DNA of 62,637 nt, from positions 1-62,637 of the forward strand of contig JALRGY010000002.1 in the NCBI GenBank assembly GCA_023253325.1, written 5' to 3'. The position numbers and the translations under genes were made by a program. Positions 48,271 to 56,049 of the stretch are shown here, piece by piece (position 1 is the first letter of the stretch; every line of letters starts with the position of its first letter). The stretch is from Candidatus Nanopelagicales bacterium. Its GTDB lineage: Bacteria > Actinomycetota > Actinomycetes > S36-B12. The notes under the pieces were generated by a model that searched no databases, had not been told where the DNA came from, and saw only the letters and a list, made by a program, of their open reading frames with translations.

Positions 48271-48992
48271 TCGCGATCCTCTCCGGTGCCGAAGTACGCT
48301 GCTGCAAGCTTTGCTTCGTCCTGCGCGTCAGACTGCGACAACGTCGCTCGTATGTGTCCTTCCCGCATGACTAACGTGCGGACCGCAATACTCATGACCA
48401 GATGAGCTCGTTGTTCGACAACGATAATTGCTGTGCCTCGTTCTTGGATTCGAGCGAGCACTCCGAAGACATCCTGAATAACAGTGGGAGAAAGACCGAG
48501 GCTTGGTTCATCTAATAACAAGAGTTTGGGTTCTGAGACCAATGCTCTAGCGATGGCCAACTGCTGCTGTTGACCGCCACTCAAAAGTCCAGCCTGATGA
48601 TTCTTGTGCGTGGTGAGGACGGGGAAAAGGTCCATGACTTCATCTACTGCTTGCTGTGCACCAGATTTCTCACGTCGACCAGTGAGACCAAGGCGTAAAT
48701 TTTCGTTTACTGTTAGATCAGTGAAAATGGCGCGCCCTTCCGGCACCATGGCTAACCCAAGCCGCACAATATCTTCAGGGTTTTTTCCTTTTATTGATGC
48801 GCCGTCAAAGTCAATGGACCCACTGCTGGCTCGAACTGAACCCGCGAGGGTGCCCAAAAAGGTTGACTTTCCTGCACCGTTGGGTCCAACAATCCCTACA
48901 AGTTCACCCGGTTCCACATCAATGTGGCCGTTGTACAGGACCTGCACTTTGCCATAGCCTGATTGGAGGTCGCGGACAGTGAGCAGAGTCAT
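48267..48992 (-). CDS. ABC transporter ATP-binding protein, LivF-like
   Basis: Walker A GPNGAGKST, signature LSGGQQQ, Walker B LLLLDEPS. Confidence 0.88.
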   Translation of the reverse strand: MTLLTVRDLQSGYGKVQVLYNGHIDVEPGELVGIVGPNGAGKSTFLGTLAGSVRASSGSIDFDGASIKGKNPEDIVRLGLAMVPEGRAIFTDLTVNENLRLGLTGRREKSGAQQAVDEVMDLFPVLTTHKNHQAGLLSGGQQQQLAIARALVSEPKLLLLDEPSLGLSPTVIQDVFGVLARIQERGTAIIVVEQRAHLVMSIAVRTLVMREGHIRATLSQSDAQDEAKLAAAYFGTGEDRE

Positions 48993-49726
48993 GCTCGCCC
49001 TCCATGTAGACCCATGGTGGCATCGCCCAAATAGGCCGATAAAACACCTTCATCGACCAGAGCGTCTTGAGGATTGCCTTCAAAAAGTAGTTCACCCGAT
49101 GCCAACACGAATACCCGAGAACAGGCTGCTGCCACGAGCCCCACATTGTGCTCAATCAGGAGCATGCCGCACCCAGATTCACGGCGAATACTGTCCAGCG
49201 CTGCCAGTAGTGCCGGTGTCTCGTGATCATTGAGACCGGCGGCGGGTTCATCCATGATCAAATAATCAGGTTCAGAGGTTACGGCACGAGCGAGACCAAC
49301 GAGTCGGGAAAGTCCATGTGAAAGCCCAGCTGCAGATTCCGTTTGTACACCTGATAGGCCCAGCATCTCAATAGCCGCGGCAGCACGACCATTCGCTTTC
49401 TTTGTGGAGCATCCAGATCCAATGGCTCCCAAAACTATATTTTCAGTGACTGTCAAATCTGGGAATAATCGTCCAGATTGAAATGTGCGGGCCAGCCCAG
49501 CATGTGTGCGGGCCTCCGGTGTCATTCCGTCGAGATTGCGACCATCAATCGCCACGGTCCCAGAATCCTGAGTCTCATACCCCGCGATTATGTTCACTAA
49601 AGTGGTTTTGCCTGCGCCGTTGGGTCCCAACAACCCAACTACTTCCCCTTTATTGACAGAAACCGTGACATCCTCGAGGACATGAATTGCGCCAAAGGAT
49701 TTCACGATGGACGCAGCCTCTAGCAT
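48989..49726 (-). CDS. ABC transporter ATP-binding protein, LivG-like
   Basis: Walker A GPNGAGKTT, signature-like LSHGLSR, Walker B YLIMDEPAAGL. The ATG at 49726 is preferred; the track ORF extends to 49780. Confidence 0.85.
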   Translation of the reverse strand: MLEAASIVKSFGAIHVLEDVTVSVNKGEVVGLLGPNGAGKTTLVNIIAGYETQDSGTVAIDGRNLDGMTPEARTHAGLARTFQSGRLFPDLTVTENIVLGAIGSGCSTKKANGRAAAAIEMLGLSGVQTESAAGLSHGLSRLVGLARAVTSEPDYLIMDEPAAGLNDHETPALLAALDSIRRESGCGMLLIEHNVGLVAAACSRVFVLASGELLFEGNPQDALVDEGVLSAYLGDATMGLHGGRA

Positions 49727-49848
49727 TTGTGTCACAAAAAGCTCCCGAGAGAAGTGTTGACGCGCGCAATAAGCACACAATGAACACTAGTTGGTGAATA
49801 AGCAGGCTGCGGGGAAAACATGCAATCCCCGCAGCCTGCTGTGTTCAA

Positions 49849-51123
49849 CTAGTTGAGAATTGGCTGTTCTGCAGCGCGGTACTCAATGAATGAATGCTGT
49901 CCATCCTGAATCTGCATGACTGCCATGGGGCGAGTCACGTTAACGTGCAATTCAGGTGAGAAGCTCGTTGGTCCAGCAGTCAGATCAACGCCATTGAATG
50001 TTTCCAATGCTGCAGCAAGGTCAGCACCATTGGTGCTGCCAGCTTGTTCAGCCGCAAGTACAAATGCCTCGATTGTTGAGGCACCCGTGACCAAGCCACT
50101 GGTTGCTGCATCGCTGCCGGTCAGATCCTTGTAGGAGGCCAAAAGTTCGCCAACCTTGGGATTGGGATCGTCACCGAAAACGGATGCGTAGGTCACGAAG
50201 TAGAAGTCCGAAAGATCTGGGACTGCTCCGAGCCAGAACGCACCATCCATGCCAAAGCCGGATACGACTGGTGTTTCAACTCCACCTGCACGAAGTGCAG
50301 CTGCAGCCTCAGCGCCACCACCTGGGTAGGAGCACAGGGCAACGACGTCAGGACTTGAGTCCTTGATTTCCTTGACCTGTGCGGTCACGGGGGCAGCAAG
50401 TGAGCCTTCAGGTGTCTGGCTGAACTCTGGAGCAGAAACGATTTCGCCACCAAGTTGAGTCCAACGCTCTTCGAAGACCTTGCACTGATTCTGGGTGTAC
50501 TTGATGGACATGTCCTTGAACAGTGAAGCCTTGGGGCCAAACTCTGCAAATGCCCATTCAGCCATGATTGCTGCTTCACCGGGGACTGCGGAACCAAGAG
50601 AGAAGCCGAGGGTCAATCCGGCGTCAGGGCCCATGATCGTGTCACCAACACACGGAGCAATAACCAGCACACCGGCATCCTGAGCAACCTGGGAAGCCTT
50701 AGCGTTGACGTCGTAGTCACATGTGACAAGAAGGAGTTGTGCACCCTGTGAAATCAGGTCAGTCGCGATTTGTGCTGCTTTATCAGGGTTTGTCTCACTA
50801 TCTACAGCAATGAGTTCAAGTTGGCAGCCAAGAACGCCGCCCGCTGCGTTGGTCTTATCGATGGCGATACGCGCCGTATCCAAAGCAGGGACGTCAAAAG
50901 GAGACATAAATCCTGTTTGGGCCATGGCCGAACCAACAATGATCGGCTCGGTGCATTCCGCGGCAACTTCCTCTTCCGTGGTTTCTTCCGCTACCGCGGT
51001 TTCTTCCGCTACCGCTTCGGTAGTCGCTTCATCCGCCGTGTCTGATGTTGAGGCGCAGCCCGCGAGCACCAGGCTCAGGCTCGCCGCTACCGCGAGAATC
51101 CCCGCGGTTTTTCGGTTCTTCAT
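49849..51123 (-). CDS. ABC transporter substrate-binding lipoprotein (type I periplasmic binding fold, Leu/Ile/Val-binding family)
   Basis: Lipobox LAGCAS, an acidic E/T/A-rich linker, then a PBP1-type domain. Track start at 51141; ATG at 51123 is equally plausible. Confidence 0.82.
   Translation of the reverse strand: MKNRKTAGILAVAASLSLVLAGCASTSDTADEATTEAVAEETAVAEETTEEEVAAECTEPIIVGSAMAQTGFMSPFDVPALDTARIAIDKTNAAGGVLGCQLELIAVDSETNPDKAAQIATDLISQGAQLLLVTCDYDVNAKASQVAQDAGVLVIAPCVGDTIMGPDAGLTLGFSLGSAVPGEAAIMAEWAFAEFGPKASLFKDMSIKYTQNQCKVFEERWTQLGGEIVSAPEFSQTPEGSLAAPVTAQVKEIKDSSPDVVALCSYPGGGAEAAAALRAGGVETPVVSGFGMDGAFWLGAVPDLSDFYFVTYASVFGDDPNPKVGELLASYKDLTGSDAATSGLVTGASTIEAFVLAAEQAGSTNGADLAAALETFNGVDLTAGPTSFSPELHVNVTRPMAVMQIQDGQHSFIEYRAAEQPILN
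50980..51015 (-). repeat. 2 x 18-bp tandem repeat within the binding-protein linker (encodes AVAEET AVAEET)
   Basis: Read directly on the plus strand: ggtttcttccgctaccgc ggtttcttccgctaccgc. Confidence 0.85.
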
Positions 51124-51187
51124 TTGTTCTCCCTCATTCATTCGTGGATTAAGGCAACTGCCCTTGTGCCCATCTATGCCGTAATTC

Positions 51188-51210
51188 TGTCGTACGTCAA
51201 TAATACGACA
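51188..51210. promoter_or_regulatory. candidate operator site C (TGTCGTACGTCAATAATACGACA) upstream of the ABC importer operon
   Basis: Perfect 7-bp inverted arms TGTCGTA/TACGACA around CGTCAATAA. TATTAT on the minus strand is -10-like, about 50-70 nt upstream of the binding-protein start. Confidence 0.5.
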
Positions 51211-51260
51211 TGAACTGTTGCCATAGTGTTACCTATTTGGAAGGTATTTGCCCGCATTTT

Positions 51261-51704
51261 TCATATTTTTGTTAAAAAGGCTTCCTTGACGGTCGTCGGC
51301 CACGGAACAGCGCCGCCATGGGCATCCGGGGAATGGACGGCTGTGTGACGCCCCTCAATACAGATTCCCCCCTCAATCGTTTCCACCACAAAGCCGTATG
51401 ACACTGACGTCCGGCCCACGGCAATTACTCCTACCGTGACATCAACTTCCTGGTTAAACCAGATCCGATCCCGATAATCAATCTCGACATGAACCCGAGG
51501 AATAGATCCCGTGAGCTCAGCTGGCAAATTGAGGGCGCGTCGCAGGTCGTGTTCAACTTCTTCCATCCACCGCACTGCGACCGAAAAATGATTGTGGCCG
51601 GCGGCATCAGTGTCTGCCCATTCCAGTCTTCGCCGAACCTTAATGCTGGCCCCTGTTATTTCGTCTTTTACCGGCACAAATACTCCTTGAATCGTTAGGC
51701 ACAT
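51261..51704 (-). CDS. hotdog-fold acyl-CoA thioesterase (4HBT/YbgC-like)
   Basis: 147 aa. N-terminal V..RL.W.DTDAAGH motif typical of 4HBT-type thioesterases. Confidence 0.65.
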   Translation of the reverse strand: MCLTIQGVFVPVKDEITGASIKVRRRLEWADTDAAGHNHFSVAVRWMEEVEHDLRRALNLPAELTGSIPRVHVEIDYRDRIWFNQEVDVTVGVIAVGRTSVSYGFVVETIEGGICIEGRHTAVHSPDAHGGAVPWPTTVKEAFLTKI

Positions 51705-51835
51705 AAGAGTTAGGTATATAAAAATTGTTCCCGACTCAATCGAGCCGCATTATGAACTGAGGAACCGTAGGAGTCTCAACGTACCAAGATACACATTTAA
51801 GCTGTACTACAGCATGTAACGATGGATGCCTCTAT

Positions 51836-52978
51836 TCAAGCGAGCAAGTGCCTATTCTTTTCCAAGGAACTTAAAACGACTTTAACGTCAGTCGAGTTAT
51901 TGTAAAAATGCGGGCTTACTCTCAGGTTTCCATCGCGGGAGGAAACAATCACACCGTCGGCTGCCATAGCGTCTACCAGTGCGTGTTCATCTGTTGAGGC
52001 AATAGCAATCATGGGACCATGAGCACCTGATCCACCCGGCGTTACAACTGTGCCCCCCAGTGCTTGGACACCTTCACGGAGTTCCTCATGCAATTGGCGC
52101 GATACCTCCCAAGCGTTACTGACCCCCACATCCAACAAGAGCCCCAAACCAGCCTGGGCGGCATACATGCTCGGGACATTGGGTGTCCCCGCTTCAAATC
52201 TCCGTGCATCCTTTGCAGGGTCAAATGTGTTTATGTCCATGGAGAAAATGTCTCTCGCTGCAAACCAACCTGTTGTCGTTGGAATGTATTCGGAAGTTGT
52301 CGCTGCGTTAACAAGTGCAAAACCGACACCCGGACTGCTGAGCATGTATTTCAATAGGCCACCCACGACAAAATCTGCGCCAAGCTCGGCAAAATCAAGT
52401 GGGACTGCGCCAACTGATTGATAGGCGTCAACGAGGACGGGCACTCCCTTGCTGTGAGCTGCGTCAACTATTGCCTTTATGTCATTCATTGCGCCATTGC
52501 GGTAGCACACATGCGTGACTGACACGATCGCTGTGTCTGAGGTGATTGCATCTGCCACCTGTTGCGCAGTCACTCGATGGTCTGGGCCCTCAGGAAGGTG
52601 AACAACGGTGGCACCGCGACGTTCCTGTGCGTGCCATATCTGTCCTACGGTGGGAAACTCAAGTGATGTTGTGAGTATTTGGCTTGGACCTTTGTCAAAA
52701 TCAAAGCAACTGGCTATGGCATTAACGGCAGCTGACGCTGATGTTGTGATCGCAACCTCATCAGAGGATGCATTGAAAAGTTCACCGAGCAGTGCTCGCA
52801 CATTTTCTTGCACACCAACCCAGGTCTCCCATGGTGAACCGAATTCGACCAGACCATCTAGATAGGAGTCATAAGCGGCCCGTACTTCATCTGCCAGAGC
52901 AGCTTGGGAGCACGAGTTGATGTAGGTCTTGTTCTTAAAAATTTCGAACTTATCCCGCGCAATCGCTTCAACACCCAC
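51836..52978 (-). CDS. class V-fold PLP-dependent enzyme (kynureninase/cysteine desulfurase-like)
   Basis: 380 aa. DAYQSVG and the GGLLKYMLSSPGVGFA region (Lys in a KY-x-x-x-PG context) resemble class V aminotransferase-fold enzymes. The KY(L/M) context is closer to kynureninase-type than to SxHK desulfurases, but that is unproven. Confidence 0.7.
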   Translation of the reverse strand: MGVEAIARDKFEIFKNKTYINSCSQAALADEVRAAYDSYLDGLVEFGSPWETWVGVQENVRALLGELFNASSDEVAITTSASAAVNAIASCFDFDKGPSQILTTSLEFPTVGQIWHAQERRGATVVHLPEGPDHRVTAQQVADAITSDTAIVSVTHVCYRNGAMNDIKAIVDAAHSKGVPVLVDAYQSVGAVPLDFAELGADFVVGGLLKYMLSSPGVGFALVNAATTSEYIPTTTGWFAARDIFSMDINTFDPAKDARRFEAGTPNVPSMYAAQAGLGLLLDVGVSNAWEVSRQLHEELREGVQALGGTVVTPGGSGAHGPMIAIASTDEHALVDAMAADGVIVSSRDGNLRVSPHFYNNSTDVKVVLSSLEKNRHLLA

Positions 52979-53009
52979 GGATAACTCTCCCTTAAAAGTA
53001 AGTCAGGCT

Positions 53010-54383
53010 TTAGATCGAGTCTCGAGCCATGTCAACAAAACGAGAGTAGTGCCCTTGAAAGGCGACATTGATATTGGCTGTTGGGCCATTACGGTGCTTG
53101 GCCACAATAAAGTCTGCTTCGCCAGCACGCGGTGATTCCCGTTCATAGGCATCTTCGCGGTGGAGGAGGACAACCATGTCCGCATCTTGTTCTAAAGAGC
53201 CCGACTCGCGAAGATCCGAGAGCATCGGCCGCTTGTCTTGGCGTTGTTCTGGCCCACGGTTGAGCTGAGAAATCGCAATAACGGGAACATCAAGTTCCTT
53301 GGCCAGCAACTTGAGAGAACGTGAGAATTCGGAGACCTCCTGCTGACGACTCTCAACTCTCTTTCCGCTGGTCATCAACTGGAGATAGTCGATGACAACA
53401 AGGCGAAGATCATGTCGTTGTTTGAGTCTGCGGCACTTGGCTCGAATTTCCATGAGCGTCATGTTGGGGGAGTCATCGATGAATAGCGGTGCTTCACTAA
53501 CAACACCCATTTTGTTTGCGAGTTTTGACCAGTCGGCTTCACTCATTTGACCCGAACGCATGTGGTGCAGGGCCACTTGTGCTTCCGCAGAAAGCAGACG
53601 CATGACAATTTCATTGCGGCTCATTTCCAGTGAGAAAATCACACTGGTCAGGCCATTCTTAATGGAAGCACTACGGCAAATATCGAGGCCGAGTGTTGAT
53701 TTACCCAAAGCAGGTCGCGCTGCGAGAATGATTAGCTGTCCAGGGTGAAGACCATTGGTCAATGTGTCGAGCTCAGCAAACCCCGTTGGAACACCAACCA
53801 TTTCACCATCACGATTAGAAATTGCCTCAATTTCGTTGAGGGTTCCTTGCATGATGTCAGCAAGTGGTGCGTAGTCCTCACTTGTACGTCGTTCGGTGAC
53901 TTCATAGACCTCAGCCTGTGCCCGGTCGACGACGTCGTCCACTTCACCCTGACCGCTGTAACCCATGTGCACGATTCGGGTTCCTGCAGTGACCAAACGG
54001 CGAAGAATGGCTTGCTCGCGAACTATGCGCCCGTAATAGTTTGCGTTGGCGGCTGTGGGAACCATGGACACAAGCGTGTGCAGATAGGAGGCTCCGCCTA
54101 TGCGGGAGATCTCACCCGCTTTGCTCAACTCTGATGCGACAGTGACGGCATCTGCTGGTTCGCCGCGACCGTATAGGTCCAGGATTACGTCGTAGATTGT
54201 TGAGTGTGATGGTTTGTAAAAGTCATCAGCGCGGATCATTTCAACGACATCGGCGATGGCGTCCTTGCTCAACAGCATGGCGCCGAGAATGGACTGCTCA
54301 GCAGCAATGTCACTGGGCGGGGTGCGCTCCTGCCTTTCAAAACTTTCGGGTTCTTCGGGGACGTGCAACTCAGTAACGCTCAC
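53010..54383 (-). CDS. dnaB: replicative DNA helicase DnaB
   Basis: PPSDIAAEQSILGAMLL N-terminal domain, Walker A ARPALGKST, Walker B VVIDYLQLM, SQLNRGPEQR. 457 aa, so no intein. GTG start with AGGAGG upstream. Confidence 0.95.
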   Translation of the reverse strand: MSVTELHVPEEPESFERQERTPPSDIAAEQSILGAMLLSKDAIADVVEMIRADDFYKPSHSTIYDVILDLYGRGEPADAVTVASELSKAGEISRIGGASYLHTLVSMVPTAANANYYGRIVREQAILRRLVTAGTRIVHMGYSGQGEVDDVVDRAQAEVYEVTERRTSEDYAPLADIMQGTLNEIEAISNRDGEMVGVPTGFAELDTLTNGLHPGQLIILAARPALGKSTLGLDICRSASIKNGLTSVIFSLEMSRNEIVMRLLSAEAQVALHHMRSGQMSEADWSKLANKMGVVSEAPLFIDDSPNMTLMEIRAKCRRLKQRHDLRLVVIDYLQLMTSGKRVESRQQEVSEFSRSLKLLAKELDVPVIAISQLNRGPEQRQDKRPMLSDLRESGSLEQDADMVVLLHREDAYERESPRAGEADFIVAKHRNGPTANINVAFQGHYSRFVDMARDSI

Positions 54384-54401
54384 GTTGAACCTCCTACTTT
54401 T

Positions 54402-54442
54402 CTTGTGACTTGCTTTCCTTGTGACTTGCTTTCCTTGTGACT
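54402..54442. repeat. 2.5 x 16-bp tandem repeat (CTTGTGACTTGCTTTC) immediately upstream of the dnaB Shine-Dalgarno
   Basis: Read directly: cttgtgacttgctttc cttgtgacttgctttc cttgtgact. Confidence 0.85.
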
Positions 54443-54605
54443 AGCTACTTGGACTCTTGGTCGAGCCCACACCCATCACCCTGCAGTAAACACCGAACCC
54501 CTGACGTTAGACCGCGCATGCCGACGTGTCTATTCCTCCTGTGGGCATATGTGTGCGTGCCCTGTGTATATGTGGCACCTGAGTGTGCACGGCCTGGGTA
54601 TTCCT

Positions 54606-54614
54606 TGTGGATAA
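54606..54614 (-). promoter_or_regulatory. consensus DnaA box (TTATCCACA on the minus strand)
   Basis: The plus strand reads TGTGGATAA, embedded in a small hairpin (ttccttg tggataac caaggaa). Confidence 0.4.
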
Positions 54615-54670
54615 CCAAGGAATTTTGCCGTCGAATCGGGTAATTAATGAGGAATTGACCACGCACAGGC

Positions 54671-54679
54671 TGTGGACAA
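54671..54679 (-). promoter_or_regulatory. actinobacterial-type DnaA box (TTGTCCACA on the minus strand)
   Basis: The plus strand reads TGTGGACAA, in the same orientation as the box at 54606. Confidence 0.4.
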
Positions 54680-54702
54680 GAATCTCTTTGTAGGCTCATC
54701 CA

Positions 54703-55221
54703 GTGACCACATCCCCGTATCGCATCACCACAGTCTGCTTGGGCAATATTTGCCGCTCTCCAATGGCTGAAGCTGTCCTGCGCGACAGAATCGAACGGGC
54801 GGGTCTGGCTGACAAGATCACGGTAGATTCCGCGGGAACCGGTGATTGGCATATTGGTCATAATGCTGATGAGCGCGCATTAAACACGCTGTCAGTTAAT
54901 GACTATTCATTAGTGAGCCACCGATCCCGGCAAATTGACTCCACCTGGATGAGTGAACTCGACCTAATTGTTGTTATGGATTCCAGCAACTACACCAATG
55001 TCGAGTACATGATTGATAACAGCGATCACTCACCTGAGCTCGTCATGTTCCGCGCATTTGATCCCGAACTGTCACACCTGCCCATGCCCCACCCGGATCT
55101 CGATGTTCCCGATCCTTATTACGGTGCAGGGGATGGATTCACCACCGTGTTGCACATGATTGAGCGCGCGAGTGATGGACTTATTAGCCAACTTCCTCAA
55201 AGATTGAACGCTGCAAGATAA
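54703..55221 (+). CDS. low-molecular-weight protein-tyrosine phosphatase
   Basis: P-loop VCLGNICRSPMAE (CX5R-S) and the DPYYG Asp loop. GTG start. Confidence 0.9.
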   Translation: MTTSPYRITTVCLGNICRSPMAEAVLRDRIERAGLADKITVDSAGTGDWHIGHNADERALNTLSVNDYSLVSHRSRQIDSTWMSELDLIVVMDSSNYTNVEYMIDNSDHSPELVMFRAFDPELSHLPMPHPDLDVPDPYYGAGDGFTTVLHMIERASDGLISQLPQRLNAAR

Positions 55222-55258
55222 GGAGACCCGAGGCTGATTTTTCCAGCCCCGGGCTCCT
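55221..55258. terminator. imperfect GC-rich hairpin followed by a T-run, between convergent genes
   Basis: AGGAGACCCGAGGCTG-ATTTTTC-CAGCCCCGGGCTCCT followed by TATTTTG. Confidence 0.55.
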
Positions 55259-55286
55259 TATTTTGATCAAGTTTCATTAAAAAATT

Positions 55287-56009
55287 TTATGGACGGACAA
55301 CTTCTCCATCACCGGAAAGCCGACGGTATGCCAATGCATCCGCCAAATAGGTGAATGCTGCAATGAAGACATTTATAAATATTGCAAGCACTGCACCGAT
55401 AACTAAAAGAATTGCAGTTATTGCGCCGACATCGCTATCGCCCGCAACTGCATTAAATACACCCTGAACCACAGCCCCGACAACGGCAAGAGCGACTGAG
55501 GTTCCAAAGAGAACAACACGTAAACCTATATAACGCCAGAATGCCGTTGTGATGAGTTCCCAACTGTGCGCCAATGCACCAATGCCTGTTGTTCCAGGGT
55601 GACCAATAAGTGCGTAGGGGAACAACGCAAACATGAAGGCGAAGATGAGACCGGGAATGATAAATGCGATGAGCCCTAGTACGACGATGCCGATGTAAAT
55701 CGCACCACCAACAAGGAACCACCAATACCGATCAGAGCGAAGTAGAACGCCAACCGATGGCTTTGCGCCCTCACTCGAATTGTATGCATTTCGCAACAGT
55801 CCAAGGAACGTGTAAAAAAATCCAAGGATGCCAATCAAAATAACGATCCCGCCAAGTGCAGGAATCGCGATGGCTGCAATCGCACCCACAGCAATGATTG
55901 CGACAGGGATCGCGATTGCAACCACGATCACTAGTAGCCAGTGCCAGTATTGGCGTTTTGTGAGGCTCCATGCCTCGTCTAAAACCTCAGCGATGTTGAA
56001 ACTACTCAT
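55287..56009 (-). CDS. hypothetical polytopic membrane protein
   Basis: Six or so hydrophobic segments rich in small residues. I recognise no motif. ATG at 56009 (MSSFNIAEV...) or upstream at 56045. Confidence 0.5.
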   Translation of the reverse strand: MSSFNIAEVLDEAWSLTKRQYWHWLLVIVVAIAIPVAIIAVGAIAAIAIPALGGIVILIGILGFFYTFLGLLRNAYNSSEGAKPSVGVLLRSDRYWWFLVGGAIYIGIVVLGLIAFIIPGLIFAFMFALFPYALIGHPGTTGIGALAHSWELITTAFWRYIGLRVVLFGTSVALAVVGAVVQGVFNAVAGDSDVGAITAILLVIGAVLAIFINVFIAAFTYLADALAYRRLSGDGEVVRP

Positions 56010-56049
56010 GGATTTCCACCTCTCCTGTCGTCCTCCGTCACCCATTCGG

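Noticed and set aside
51210-51275. 21-codon Cys-rich mini-ORF abutting operator-like site C
   Set aside because: It is too short to assess, has no Shine-Dalgarno, and runs antisense into the thioesterase gene. I kept it only as a note within the site C finding.
24465-52978. Genomic island of recent horizontal origin or a mobile element
   Set aside because: There is no integrase, transposase, tRNA attachment site or flanking direct repeats, and codon and GC character look similar to the flanks by eye. I treat it as a chromosomal catabolic cluster, not a mobile element. Compositional statistics were not computed.
53010-54383. Intein in dnaB
   Set aside because: Inteins are common in actinobacterial dnaB, but this ORF is 457 aa with contiguous helicase motifs, so none is present.
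54402-54442. CRISPR array (this and the other tandem repeats at 6265, 15208 and 50980)
   Set aside because: The units are 14-18 bp, directly adjacent without spacers, number only 2-4 copies, and are mostly inside coding sequence. They are not CRISPR-like, and there are no cas genes in the window.
54384-54702. Chromosomal origin of replication (oriC)
   Set aside because: Only two consensus DnaA boxes are present, and I saw no clustered box array or obvious AT-rich unwinding element. Actinobacterial oriC normally lies between dnaA and dnaN, which are not in this window. I interpret this as possible DnaA-dependent regulation instead.
55828-56049. N-terminal 74 codons of the 184-aa track ORF containing the DUF805 domain
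   Set aside because: This part runs antisense through the start of the neighbouring membrane-protein gene, and the DUF805 homology begins only at about 56060. A GTG at 56050 gives a normal roughly 110-aa DUF805 protein. The short N-terminus leaves a slight possibility of 5-prime truncation.
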